DNA of 64,000 nt from an uncultured Candidatus Actinomarina sp. (GCA_902565645.1 CACFFJ010000001.1:30352-94351); one strand, 5' to 3'; counted from the first letter of the stretch, positions 43,166-53,149 are shown. Translations and numbers: made by a program. Notes: generated by a model from the letters alone, not told the origin.

Positions 43166-45184
43166 CTATAACACTAACAAAACTAATACACTAATAACTA
43201 TTACTCCGACTAAAAAATACATTAAATACTGTTGTGTCTTACCTGTTTGAATCAACTTGACTCTTCCACCTAAAGCATCTGTTCCAGAAGATGTTAAATT
43301 TAATGCTTTATCAATTCCACCTTGATCAAATTTGTTATAAATAATTCCACCTAAGTATGAAGCTGCGCTCCCAAAACTATTTATAACTCTATCTAGTATC
43401 TCTGTATTAAACCTATCAATACCTTTTGAAAGAGTTAACTTAACTGGATCAATAATGTATTTGAAATAAAAATCATCCAAATAATATTTATTTTCAAGAA
43501 CTCTCCATACAGGTTGAAATTTAATTTTGCTATCTCCATCTTCAGGTCTGCTAATTATTTGATAAATATAGTAAGCAAGCCCAATGCCTATTATTCCTGC
43601 AAATAGACCACTTGATAATGCAAAGTAATCAAATGATTCAGGATGGTATTCTATGATTCCATTTTTTCTTGTAGTAACCCAGTTAGTAAATCCTGTATAA
43701 ATCCCTGGTATATTAACCCAACCAGCTACAACAGCAAGGAAAGCTAAAGCTACAAGAGGATTTGTCATCATTGAATCGGATTCATGTGGATGACCATGTC
43801 CTCTGTATTCTCCATAGAAGGTTAAAAGAACTGCTCTTGTCATATAAAAAGCAGTTATAAATGCTCCAGCAACTGCAATCATGAAAAATAGATTGTGACC
43901 CTCGTGATTTAGAGAAGCTAGAATTTCATCTTTTGAAAAGAAACCCGCTAATGGTGGTAATCCAGCAAGAGCCACTGTGCCAATGATGAAAGTTATGAAA
44001 GTCTTGGGCATCTCTTTCCTTAGTCCTCCCATTTCTGACATATTATTTGTATGAACTGCATGGATGACTGATCCTGCTGCAAGAAAAAGAAGGGCTTTAA
44101 AAAAAGCATGAGTCCAAAGATGAAACAACCCAGCTGTATAAGCTCCAGAACCCATTGCAGTTACCATGTAACCTAATTGACTTACGGTCGAGTAAGCTAG
44201 TACTTTCTTTAAATCATCTTGAACAATTGCAATTAATCCTGCGCTGAATAAAGTTATGACACCAAAAATTAATACTACATCTAAGGCCTCGTGAGCAATG
44301 CCTTGATAAAAAGGAAATAGTCTACCAAGTAAATAGACCCCTGCAGTTACCATTGTTGCAGCATGCATCAGAGCTGAAACTGGAGTTGGCCCTGCCATTG
44401 CATCTGGTAACCAAACATGCAGTGGAAATTGTGCACTTTTACCCATTGCTCCAATAAATATTAAAATTCCAGCAATATAAGCAACCGCTGTAATTGCTTC
44501 ATAGTCATGTGTAGCTTGATAAAGTATTTCTGAAATTCTTAATGTACCAGTCGAAAGAGCCAAAATAATAATTCCTATCATTAACCCTACGTCAGCAATT
44601 TTATTAGTAATGAAAGCTTTCATAGCTGCAGAAGAGTTTTCTTTCTCTTCCCAGTAATGGCCTATTAATAAGTAGGAACATACACCAACTAATTCCCATC
44701 CAATTAATAGCTGTAATAATGTAGGAGCTGATACAAGAACTAACATACTTCCAGCAAATAGTGTTAAAGATGTAAAAAAGAATGTGTATCTAATTTCACC
44801 TTCCATATAATTTATTGCGTAGATAAAAACTAGTAGTGATACCGTGCCGACTACAAAATACATCATTATTGAAAGGCCGTCTACAACCCAGCCAAATTCA
44901 ATTTGAAATGATCCTATGCTTCCAACGTTTACAAAGAATTCAGAAGCTACACCTTTTGAAATATTTAGATAAAACAATATACAACTATATAAAAAAATAA
45001 AAAAAACAGAACCTAAAGCTATCTCAGCACCCTTCAATGGCAAACTTTTACCAAAAAAAGTAATTCCTAAAGCAGCAATGAAGGGAAGGACAACAATTAT
45101 CCATGCAAATTCAGCAAACACTCCTCCGTCTGTATAAGTAGCTTTACCTTCAGCAAGTAGATTTATTGTTTGCATAGTTACCAT
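43166..45184 (-). CDS. nuoL: NADH-quinone oxidoreductase subunit L
   Basis: 672 aa with GKSAQFPLHVWLPDAM.GPTPVSAL.HAATMV and a long C-terminal extension. Confidence 0.94.
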   Translation of the reverse strand: MVTMQTINLLAEGKATYTDGGVFAEFAWIIVVLPFIAALGITFFGKSLPLKGAEIALGSVFFIFLYSCILFYLNISKGVASEFFVNVGSIGSFQIEFGWVVDGLSIMMYFVVGTVSLLVFIYAINYMEGEIRYTFFFTSLTLFAGSMLVLVSAPTLLQLLIGWELVGVCSYLLIGHYWEEKENSSAAMKAFITNKIADVGLMIGIIILALSTGTLRISEILYQATHDYEAITAVAYIAGILIFIGAMGKSAQFPLHVWLPDAMAGPTPVSALMHAATMVTAGVYLLGRLFPFYQGIAHEALDVVLIFGVITLFSAGLIAIVQDDLKKVLAYSTVSQLGYMVTAMGSGAYTAGLFHLWTHAFFKALLFLAAGSVIHAVHTNNMSEMGGLRKEMPKTFITFIIGTVALAGLPPLAGFFSKDEILASLNHEGHNLFFMIAVAGAFITAFYMTRAVLLTFYGEYRGHGHPHESDSMMTNPLVALAFLAVVAGWVNIPGIYTGFTNWVTTRKNGIIEYHPESFDYFALSSGLFAGIIGIGLAYYIYQIISRPEDGDSKIKFQPVWRVLENKYYLDDFYFKYIIDPVKLTLSKGIDRFNTEILDRVINSFGSAASYLGGIIYNKFDQGGIDKALNLTSSGTDALGGRVKLIQTGKTQQYLMYFLVGVIVISVLVLLVL

Positions 45185-45483
45185 TTCATTAAATCAAATT
45201 CATTTATATTAGCTGTTTGTCTATTTCTAAATAACATAAGTACTATTGCGAGACCAATTCCAACTTCTGCTGCAGCAATTGTTATAACAAAAATAGAAAA
45301 AATTTGTCCACTCAGCAGAGTATCTGAAAGCATTGCATTAAACACAACAAAATTTATATTTACAGCGTTCAGTATTAATTCAATAGATAATAAAACCATT
45401 ACTGCATTTCTTCTTACAAGTATTCCATAAATTCCCATAGAAAATAAACCTGCTCCTGCAATCAAAAATGGCTGAACACTCAT
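45178..45483 (-). CDS. nuoK: NADH-quinone oxidoreductase subunit K
   Basis: 101 aa, 3 TM, with ..LLSIELILNAVN and ..AAAEVGIGLAI. Confidence 0.94.
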   Translation of the reverse strand: MSVQPFLIAGAGLFSMGIYGILVRRNAVMVLLSIELILNAVNINFVVFNAMLSDTLLSGQIFSIFVITIAAAEVGIGLAIVLMLFRNRQTANINEFDLMKW

Positions 45484-45998
45484 ACTTGATCCTCGTCAAT
45501 CAATGCATTATCTTTCCTTGCTAATGTAATGCCACCAATTAATGCCGCTAATAAAACAAATGAAACTATCTCAAATGGATAAACAAATCTAGTTAATAGT
45601 ATTTCACCTAATACTTGAGTAGATGTTCCTTCAGTTATATTCATTTTTCCATCAAAAGAATTAATTATTACGTATGAAAATAATGCAAAAATTGATAAAG
45701 AAATTACCAAGCCTAATGTTTTATTTTTTTCATTATCCAATTCTGCATTTTGACCAAGCGGTGCCCTTGTAATCATTATTCCAAACAAAAACAATACAAT
45801 TACAGCACCTATGTAAACCAATACAACTACCATCCCTACAAATTCAGCAGATAAAAGCAAAAAGATTACAGCTGTTATGGCTAATGTAAAAACTAAAGAT
45901 ATTGCAGCGTGAATAACATTTGAAGTTGTCACAACTCTAACTGCTGCTAAAAGTAAGCCCAAAATTAAAAAATAACTTACTATATCTATTGCTCCCAT
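45480..45998 (-). CDS. nuoJ: NADH-quinone oxidoreductase subunit J
   Basis: 172 aa. Membrane protein identified by operon position, with ..VYIGAV.VLFLF. Confidence 0.9.
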   Translation of the reverse strand: MGAIDIVSYFLILGLLLAAVRVVTTSNVIHAAISLVFTLAITAVIFLLLSAEFVGMVVVLVYIGAVIVLFLFGIMITRAPLGQNAELDNEKNKTLGLVISLSIFALFSYVIINSFDGKMNITEGTSTQVLGEILLTRFVYPFEIVSFVLLAALIGGITLARKDNALIDEDQV

Positions 45999-45999
45999 A

Positions 46000-46485
46000 T
46001 TAGCTTTCTAGTCCTCCTGTTTCTGGAACAGTTTTTAACCATTCATCCAATCTATCTTTATCATGTAGCATGGCTCCCATGTTGTATTCAGAATATTCGT
46101 ACTCTGGCGACCAAAAAAGAGCATCAAAAGGACAGACTTCTACACAAATTCCACAGTACATACAAAGCGCATAGTCTATATCAAACCTATCGAGAACTGC
46201 CCTGCTTCTTTGCCTTCCTCCGGGCTTTGATGGTGGTTGTAATTCTTTATGACCTTCTATATATATACACCAGTCAGGGCATTGTCTTGCACATAGCATA
46301 CAACTTGTACATGCTTCACTATCAAGAGCTATTACTCCTCTTGCTCTAGGAGCCACTTCTTCTTTTTCAAACGGATAGTTAACGTTTGGATTTTTTGTCA
46401 AAGGAGATAATGTCTTAAACATATTAAATAATAGAATTTTCATTCCTGTTAAAAATCCTGGAAGTTTAGGTCTAAAGTTTTTCAT
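46000..46485 (-). CDS. nuoI: NADH-quinone oxidoreductase subunit I (2x[4Fe-4S])
   Basis: Contains CTSCMLCARQCP and CMYCGICVEVCP. An ATG at 46485 (MKNFRPK..) shares one nucleotide with the nuoH TAA (TAATG). The track's start at 46554 would overlap nuoH by 70 nt. Confidence 0.93.
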   Translation of the reverse strand: MKNFRPKLPGFLTGMKILLFNMFKTLSPLTKNPNVNYPFEKEEVAPRARGVIALDSEACTSCMLCARQCPDWCIYIEGHKELQPPSKPGGRQRSRAVLDRFDIDYALCMYCGICVEVCPFDALFWSPEYEYSEYNMGAMLHDKDRLDEWLKTVPETGGLES

Positions 46486-47465
46486 TAAAAAACAACTTTC
46501 ATAATTGATGTTACAAATATGTTTAACAAAGAAAGAGGTATTAATATCTTCCAAGCAATATTTTGTAACTGATCCTCTCTAAATCTAGGAAAAGACCACC
46601 TAACTAATACAAGAATAAAAGCAAGCCCAAGTGTTTTTGTTAATAATACAACTGGACCATAAAAATTAACCCATTCTACTGGTAGTAAAGGAACATGGTA
46701 CCCACCAAGAAAAATAGTTGCTGCAATTGCACACATTACAAACATATTTATATATTCTGCAATATAAAAAATTAGAAACCTTATTCCTGAATATTCTGTC
46801 ATAAATCCCATTACTAATTCAGATTCACCAATTGGCATATCGAAAGGAATTCTCATCATTTCAGCAGTCGCAGCAATCATAAAAATTACAAAAGCTATCC
46901 CTTGTCCTGCTATAGCAAAAGGTAAGCCCCATTCAATCTGCTTTTCCACTATCCCAACCATAGACATTGTCTCAGCTTGGATAACTACTCCAACTACTGC
47001 AAGTATTAAAGGGAGCTCATAAGCAATTAATTGTCCTGCAGCTCTAAGTCCTCCCATTAATGAATATTTATTAGCAGATGACCATCCCGCAATTAATACC
47101 CCAAGAGTTGATAATGTGCTGATTGCAAGTAGGTAAAATACTCCTAAATTTAAATCGACAACTACCAAGGTAGGACTTATAGGTACAACTACAAAAAGTC
47201 CAAATACTGAAAATAGAATGAAAGCTGGAGCAAGTTTGAAAATTGTTTTGTCAACTTTTGTAGGAACAATATCTTCTTTTTGAATAAATTTAATTACTTC
47301 AGCCAATGGAAAAATAAAACCTCTAAGTCCAACATGAAGAGGTCCAGGCCTTCGTTGCATCCAAGCACTTGCTTTAACATCCATTAATGTACAAATCACT
47401 GCACCATTTAAAGCAAAAGCAAGAACCACTCCTACTTTTACTAAGATCTCAGTACCAAAACTCAT
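46485..47465 (-). CDS. nuoH: NADH-quinone oxidoreductase subunit H
   Basis: 326 aa with ..WMQRR.GP and ..PFD..E.ESELV.G...EYSG. Its start overlaps the nuoD stop by 4 nt. Confidence 0.94.
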   Translation of the reverse strand: MSFGTEILVKVGVVLAFALNGAVICTLMDVKASAWMQRRPGPLHVGLRGFIFPLAEVIKFIQKEDIVPTKVDKTIFKLAPAFILFSVFGLFVVVPISPTLVVVDLNLGVFYLLAISTLSTLGVLIAGWSSANKYSLMGGLRAAGQLIAYELPLILAVVGVVIQAETMSMVGIVEKQIEWGLPFAIAGQGIAFVIFMIAATAEMMRIPFDMPIGESELVMGFMTEYSGIRFLIFYIAEYINMFVMCAIAATIFLGGYHVPLLPVEWVNFYGPVVLLTKTLGLAFILVLVRWSFPRFREDQLQNIAWKILIPLSLLNIFVTSIMKVVF

Positions 47466-48658
47466 CTATCAACATCTCCTAAAACGAAATCCAAACTTCC
47501 CATGATTGCAATTAAATCTGGTAGTAATTGCCCTTCGAGTAATTCAGGAAGTATTGAAATGTTACTAAAGGAAGGTGTTCTAATCTTTAACCTATAAGGA
47601 CCTAACCCTCCTTCAGATATTACATGAAAACCCATTTCACCTTTTGGGTTTTCTGTTCTTACATAAGACTCACCTTTTGGAACTTTTATAACTTTGGGAA
47701 CCTTTGTTTGTAGAGGACCCGAAGGCATTGAATCTATTGCTTGTAGAATTATATTTGCTGATTCTTTCATTTCCATTAGTCTCACATACCATCTATCGTA
47801 GCAATCTCCATTTTCACCAATAGGTATTTCAAAATCGAATTTTTCATAAGGTAAAAAATCTGTCTTTGTTCTTAGGTCAAATTTAACTCCTGAGGCTCTC
47901 AGTATTGGTCCAGAAACACCATAATCTTCTGCCATTTCTTTAGTAATTATTCCAATATTTTTAGTTCTTACCTTAAAAACTTCATTACCTCCTACTAAAT
48001 TTTCAAACCTTTCAACGCCTTCAAGGACTTTTTCCATAACTATCCTTGTTTCTTCATAGAAACCTGCAGGTAAATCTTGAATATCTTTTTTAGTGGTTGG
48101 TCCAGCACCTGCAGCTGGCTTAATACCCCCAATTCGATTAAAGTTTGGATGGAACCTTCCACCTGTAACAGACTCAATTAAGTCAAGTACCCTTTCTCTG
48201 TCCTCCATAGCTAAGAATATTGGAGTTAAAGCTCCAATCTCTAAAGCGTAAGCACCATTAAATACAAAGTGTGAGGCTATTCTTGCCATTTCTGTCAAAA
48301 TCAAACGTATATGCTGAGCTCTTTCAGGTACTTCTATTTCCATTAATTTTTCAGTTGCGGCAATAAAAGGAATTTCATTAGCAAATCCTGATACCCAATC
48401 AATTCTATTTACAAGTGTTGTTATTTGAGGATAGGTTCGAACTTCTGCTAATTTCTCATAACCTCTATGCATATAACCAAGAACTGGTTCTACACTGGAT
48501 ATTTTCTCTCCATCAACTTTTGCTACCAATCTAAGAACACCATGAGTTGAAGGATGTTGTGGACCAATATTTAGAGTCATGTCTTCAGTTTCTATTTCTA
48601 CAGAAACCGAAGCATCAGAAACAAAAGGCTTGTTATTTGGATCCAGTGTTGTATCCAT
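47462..48658 (-). CDS. nuoD: NADH-quinone oxidoreductase subunit D
   Basis: 398 aa with NIGPQHPSTHGVLRL and GYMHRGYEKL, ending ..GDVDR. Confidence 0.95.
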   Translation of the reverse strand: MDTTLDPNNKPFVSDASVSVEIETEDMTLNIGPQHPSTHGVLRLVAKVDGEKISSVEPVLGYMHRGYEKLAEVRTYPQITTLVNRIDWVSGFANEIPFIAATEKLMEIEVPERAQHIRLILTEMARIASHFVFNGAYALEIGALTPIFLAMEDRERVLDLIESVTGGRFHPNFNRIGGIKPAAGAGPTTKKDIQDLPAGFYEETRIVMEKVLEGVERFENLVGGNEVFKVRTKNIGIITKEMAEDYGVSGPILRASGVKFDLRTKTDFLPYEKFDFEIPIGENGDCYDRWYVRLMEMKESANIILQAIDSMPSGPLQTKVPKVIKVPKGESYVRTENPKGEMGFHVISEGGLGPYRLKIRTPSFSNISILPELLEGQLLPDLIAIMGSLDFVLGDVDR

Positions 48659-49225
48659 CTAGCTATCTCCTTCCTCTTTACCGTCTTCCGGCATTCCTTC
48701 TACATCTACATCTCCAGGCCAAGGTTTGACTTCTCTACTAATTAGTTCAAAAGATTTAAGCATTGGATTACCTTCATAACCATCTGGTAAATAAAGTTTC
48801 GTTAAGTTTGGGTGATCTATAAAATCAATGCCAAACATTTCATGTGCTTCTCTTTCATGCCAATTTGAACCTGCATATATATTCACTAATGAATCAATTG
48901 AAGGATTGTCTTTTTCTATTTTTGTTGATACTAAAACTAAATTACCTTCAACTGACTCGGACAAACAACAAATTATTTCAAAATGAGGATTTACAGATTC
49001 TTTTGGTGGGTCTCCAACTGAAACTTCGTTTTCCCAATCAACAGCACTAAGCCAAGAAAAATAAGTAAGTTCAAATTCATTTTTTAAAATAGACATGGTC
49101 TCAGTCCATTCAGAAGCTTCAACATTTATTTTCAATGTATCAAACTCATTTACTATATTGCTGAATTTTGAAGAAATTGAATCTAAAAAGCTTTGGGAAT
49201 CAGACTGGTTCAATTTGTTCCTCAT
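48659..49225 (-). CDS. nuoC: NADH-quinone oxidoreductase subunit C
   Basis: 188 aa with ..W.EREA.EMFGI.F..HP.L. Confidence 0.92.
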   Translation of the reverse strand: MRNKLNQSDSQSFLDSISSKFSNIVNEFDTLKINVEASEWTETMSILKNEFELTYFSWLSAVDWENEVSVGDPPKESVNPHFEIICCLSESVEGNLVLVSTKIEKDNPSIDSLVNIYAGSNWHEREAHEMFGIDFIDHPNLTKLYLPDGYEGNPMLKSFELISREVKPWPGDVDVEGMPEDGKEEGDS

Positions 49226-49697
49226 TCCATTTTGTTTTTATGTCCTCACCTCTGATTTTTTCTTGTAATAAAAGAATTCCCTCTTGTAACGCTTCTGGTC
49301 TTGGAGGGCAACCAGGAACATAAACATCTACTGGTATTAATTGGTCAACACCCTTAGTAACTGAGTAAGAATCCCAATACGGTCCTCCACTATTAGAACA
49401 AGAGCCCATTGAGATAACATACTTTGGTTCAGGCATTTGGTCGTAAAGTCTTTTTACAGATGGTGCCATTTTGTCTGTAACTGTTCCTGCAACAACCATC
49501 AAATCAGCTTGTCTAGGTGATGCAGGTAGGGGGATTATTCCTAACCTCATAAAATCGTGTCGAGGTCCACTTACAGCCATAACTTCAATAGCGCAGCAAG
49601 CTAAGCCAAATTGAAAATACCATAGTGAATAAGATCTTGCCCAATTGAAAACTGCAGAAATTGGTTTTGGCAAGCCAAACTTGTCTACTACTCCCAT
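49200..49697 (-). CDS. nuoB: NADH-quinone oxidoreductase subunit B (N2 cluster)
   Basis: 165 aa with [16 protein letters not shown] and VPGCPPRPE. Confidence 0.95.
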   Translation of the reverse strand: MGVVDKFGLPKPISAVFNWARSYSLWYFQFGLACCAIEVMAVSGPRHDFMRLGIIPLPASPRQADLMVVAGTVTDKMAPSVKRLYDQMPEPKYVISMGSCSNSGGPYWDSYSVTKGVDQLIPVDVYVPGCPPRPEALQEGILLLQEKIRGEDIKTKWNEEQIEPV

Positions 49698-50053
49698 TTC
49701 AAAACATCCTTTCTAATTGCATAAATAAGACCAATTAATAATATAAAAATAAATATGAGCATTTCAATTAAACCAAAATAACCAAGCTTCTCAAGATTTA
49801 TTGCCCAAGGAAATATAAAAACAGCTTCTACATCAAAAATAACAAATAAGAGACCGAAAACATAATACCTAATATATGTCTGACTCCAGCCAGTTCCAAC
49901 AGGGTCAACTCCAGATTCATATGTTGTTAATTTTTCACGTGTCGGATTATTTGGCCTCAAAACGGCAGCAAGACTAGTAACTAAAACCATTAGCGCTATA
50001 CCCACGCTTAGAACAACCCCTACTGTTATATAGTCCTGAAAATAAGAAATCAT
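49688..50053 (-). CDS. nuoA: NADH-quinone oxidoreductase subunit A
   Basis: 121 aa, 3 TM, with ..YESG..P.G.....Y...YY.....F.IFD.E. It is the first gene of the operon. Confidence 0.92.
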   Translation of the reverse strand: MISYFQDYITVGVVLSVGIALMVLVTSLAAVLRPNNPTREKLTTYESGVDPVGTGWSQTYIRYYVFGLLFVIFDVEAVFIFPWAINLEKLGYFGLIEMLIFIFILLIGLIYAIRKDVLKWE

Positions 50054-50127
50054 AATGTAATTTTAGTATGTTTAAAAAAGTTTAGTTTTTTTTAAAACTT
50101 CAGTGGAATTATTTGTAAGATTTTTCT

Positions 50128-51219
50128 ATGAGTAAATTTGACGATTTGATTAAAGAACCAAATCTTTTAGACTTGTCCAAAAAAATATTTAACGCTGTAT
50201 TAAATGAAGATTTTTTTGTAGAAAATAAATCTATTGAACTATCTCCTTCTTTGTACGAAGCAGAAACAATTAATTTCATAATTGCTGATGGTTTAGGTAG
50301 TAAAAATATAGAAAAGATTGATTCAAAATTAAATAATCTAAATTCTGGTTCAATCAATTCAACATTTCCAAGCTCTACAAATGTTGCATTAAGCACTATT
50401 AATTTAGTAACAGAACCTATTAATACAGGAATTTTAAGTTATTTCCAATTTGATAAAAAAAAATATGGATTAATCAATGCTCTTAACTGGAGTAAAGAAA
50501 ATGAAGAAATGTTAAATGAAGATTTTTTCATAAAAAATAAAACTATATGGAACATATTTAAGGAAAAAAATATATTCAGTAATAACGTCCAACCAAAAGA
50601 TTTAGAGAATAGTGCTTTATCAAATTATTTATATAGAGATTCACACCAAATAAATTATAAAGACGAAGAAGAACTGATTGACTTAATAGAAAATAGCTCA
50701 TTGCTAGAAAATAGATTTAACTTTATATACTATCCAAAAATTGATATCTCAGCTCATTTGTTTGGAGTAGGAAGTGATGAGTGGATTAACGAAATAAAAA
50801 TTTTTGAAAATATTGTTGATAAAATAAATAACTCTTCAATTAAAAAAACATATACTTTAATTTCTGCAGATCATGGGTTAACAAATATAGATGAGAAAAA
50901 CAGATATATATTAAATTATCCAGATACAGTAAATGTTTACGGAGATCAAAGAACGGTTTACATTAATGGCCCAGAAGAAGAAGTTCTAAAGGTTTTTGAA
51001 AAAATTCCTGGAAAAATAATTAGAAAAGAAGATTTGGAACTACTCCTTGGAGAAAATGATAATGGATACATCGACAGACTTTATCCAGAATTTTGTTTTT
51101 TAGTGGAAAAAGGAAATATAATTTTTCCAGAACATTTAAAAGCTAATCTTGTTGGTCATCATGGCGGACTAACAGATGAAGAAATGAAGATTCCGTTAAT
51201 TGAGCTTTCAAATTTTTAA
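50128..51219 (+). CDS. alkaline-phosphatase-superfamily protein (nucleotide pyrophosphatase/phosphodiesterase-like)
   Basis: 363 aa with metal/nucleophile-like motifs in the expected order: IIADGLG, TFPSST, SADHGL, GHHGGLT.EE..IP. Confidence 0.55.
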   Translation: MSKFDDLIKEPNLLDLSKKIFNAVLNEDFFVENKSIELSPSLYEAETINFIIADGLGSKNIEKIDSKLNNLNSGSINSTFPSSTNVALSTINLVTEPINTGILSYFQFDKKKYGLINALNWSKENEEMLNEDFFIKNKTIWNIFKEKNIFSNNVQPKDLENSALSNYLYRDSHQINYKDEEELIDLIENSSLLENRFNFIYYPKIDISAHLFGVGSDEWINEIKIFENIVDKINNSSIKKTYTLISADHGLTNIDEKNRYILNYPDTVNVYGDQRTVYINGPEEEVLKVFEKIPGKIIRKEDLELLLGENDNGYIDRLYPEFCFLVEKGNIIFPEHLKANLVGHHGGLTDEEMKIPLIELSNF

Positions 51220-51227
51220 CATATATA

Positions 51228-52019
51228 ATGCTTAGCATGAAGAATAAATTATCATTCTTACTCTTTATCTTTCTAATATCTTGTTCTCAAAATTTCTCTG
51301 AAACTGACTCTGGTTATTATTCGGAACCTATGTTTGGAGAAGCAACAGAAGATTTGAGCATCTCTAGATCTCAAAATCTTTCACAAGGAGACTACATAAT
51401 AAAATCTGCTTATGGATCTACAGATGTAAGCTCAGCAAGTTTTAATAGTAAAATTGAAGAATTCAAATCTCTTGTTGATAAGTATGAAGGTTATATAACA
51501 AATACTTATTTATCGACGAATTATCAAGGTTTAAAAAGTTATAGTCTAACTTCTAGTATCCCTGCAGAGAGTTTTGATAAATTTTTAATTGATGTAGAAA
51601 AAATTTCAAAATTCACAAATATAAATATAAATGCTAATGATGTGACAACTTATGTCCTGAACATTAATTCAAGATTAAATTCATTACTTAATGAAAAAGC
51701 AGACTTGGAAGAAATTAAATCTCAAGCTTTAAATACATCTGAAAAATTAGAAGTGCAATCACAATTGAGATATGTGAACCAAGAGATTGAAATTTTAGAA
51801 GATCAAAAAAACTATTATGAAACAGCTGTATCCTACTCAACATTAAATCTTGAAATAAGAGAAGGATCGGGAATTTCTTTATTTTCTTGGAACTACTATG
51901 TTCAAAGAGCTCTTAACTGGATTGAAGGTCTAGTCGGAATTGTAATATCTTTATCGATTGTATTAATACCTTTGGGCTTCTTGATTTATCTAATAAGACA
52001 AATTAAGAAGAAAAAATAA
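51228..52019 (+). CDS. DUF4349-like lipoprotein with a C-terminal TM anchor
   Basis: 263 aa with a lipobox (FLISC), a central DVT..... coiled-coil segment and a terminal TM plus KKKK. The architecture matches my recollection of DUF4349. Confidence 0.55.
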   Translation: MLSMKNKLSFLLFIFLISCSQNFSETDSGYYSEPMFGEATEDLSISRSQNLSQGDYIIKSAYGSTDVSSASFNSKIEEFKSLVDKYEGYITNTYLSTNYQGLKSYSLTSSIPAESFDKFLIDVEKISKFTNININANDVTTYVLNINSRLNSLLNEKADLEEIKSQALNTSEKLEVQSQLRYVNQEIEILEDQKNYYETAVSYSTLNLEIREGSGISLFSWNYYVQRALNWIEGLVGIVISLSIVLIPLGFLIYLIRQIKKKK

Positions 52020-52091
52020 TGGCCCTATCTTATCTAGGTTTACTACTTATAATTTTGCTTGTTATTTTTTATGGAAAAAAAATAAAATAAT

Positions 52092-52895
52092 CTAGTTTGG
52101 CTGATAAGTTCCAAAAAATACTTGCCATGCTAAACAAGTTTTCGACAGAAGGCTTAACCATATATAAGCTCTCTCACCATACAGGTAATCTTTCCATTTA
52201 CCTACACCCTTGTATTGCAAAACCATATTTATTGAAAAAGTGTTAAAAAATAAAAAGATGCTAACAAAAATCCAAACTACAAACTGAGGGACTCCCTGTG
52301 GGTTTGTGTCACTAGCAACTCCATCACCAATTAAATTTATAAATATAAATATCCATGGAGCTATGCCTACTATTGTCCCCATAATATAACTGGTCCAATC
52401 TACTTTATTGGTATATTGATTATGAACTTCCATCATCCATCCAAACCAACACATTGCTGCACACATAAAAAATACACCTACCAATGCCCAGATATCATAA
52501 ATTCCAACCAATAAAGCAATCAGAACAAGCATCACAGAAGCACTAATTGAGTACTCTATCCATCTAACTTTATTTAAGCCCTTCTTCAGATCTTCTTGGT
52601 ATCTGGAATAAAATGGACCAGAAATTAAAAAATGTGCAACCGCAGATGCTAATAAGAATGTTGCCACAGCAGGTCCAAAATTTGTTATCTCTCTCCATAT
52701 TTCCAATTTAGGAACTAAAGCAAAACTAGATGGATCTCCTGGGTTTCCTTCAGCTGCTAATTGAGTAAGAGTTATAGGGACTACAAAATCTGTATTTACA
52801 ACTGTTCCTAGCCAAAATAAAGCACTTCCTTGAATTAAATGAAGAAATCCCATAATTACATTAAATCTTTTTAGTTTTGTTATCTTTTCAGACAT
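52092..52895 (-). CDS. heliorhodopsin
   Basis: 267 aa, 7 TM. Several blocks are near-identical to the prototype heliorhodopsin as I remember it: RWIEYSISASVMLVLIA (counterion Glu), LFFNTFS...LQYKGVGKW.DYL.GERAYI.LSLLSKT.LAWQVF (Schiff-base Lys in SLLSK), and His in FLHLIQ and AVAHFLIS. Confidence 0.88.
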   Translation of the reverse strand: MSEKITKLKRFNVIMGFLHLIQGSALFWLGTVVNTDFVVPITLTQLAAEGNPGDPSSFALVPKLEIWREITNFGPAVATFLLASAVAHFLISGPFYSRYQEDLKKGLNKVRWIEYSISASVMLVLIALLVGIYDIWALVGVFFMCAAMCWFGWMMEVHNQYTNKVDWTSYIMGTIVGIAPWIFIFINLIGDGVASDTNPQGVPQFVVWIFVSIFLFFNTFSINMVLQYKGVGKWKDYLYGERAYIWLSLLSKTCLAWQVFFGTYQPN

Positions 52896-52954
52896 TGTTT
52901 TATTCTCCTTTAAATATTTATTATTATATTTAATCAGAAAGTGAAATTTAATTT

Positions 52955-53149
52955 ATGGATAAACAAGATATTTATTCTGAAATAGAAATGCTAATTAATG
53001 AACTTGAAACATTAGTTAAATCATTAGCTACAGCAAGAGAGCTTATTGCTGAGAACTCAAACAATAGAGCATCTAATAACTTATCAGAAATAGAGATACA
53101 ATTACAAGCTATTGCTGGAAAAGTTTCGAAGATTAAATCAAGTATTTGA
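52955..53149 (+). CDS. small coiled-coil protein (hypothetical)
   Basis: 64 aa with heptad-like E/L/I spacing. It is divergent from the heliorhodopsin gene, and its 3' end overlaps the convergent ABC ATPase gene by 12 nt. No similarity recognised. Confidence 0.3.
   Translation: MDKQDIYSEIEMLINELETLVKSLATARELIAENSNNRASNNLSEIEIQLQAIAGKVSKIKSSI

Noticed and set aside
46486-46554. A 23-codon N-terminal extension of nuoI (track start 46554). Similar upstream alternative starts appear for rplQ (3992), rplF (11435), rplV (15507), fusA (21866) and rplJ (31231).
   Set aside because: The extensions overlap the preceding gene by 6-70 nt and add non-conserved residues. Internal ATG/GTG starts give the canonical N-termini and the usual ATGA/TAATG coupling.
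52092-52895. The 7-TM protein considered as a type-1 (proteorhodopsin/actinorhodopsin-like) pump.
   Set aside because: The helix-3 DTE/DTD-type motif and the helix-7 ..DxxxK context of type-1 rhodopsins are absent. The conserved blocks match heliorhodopsin instead.
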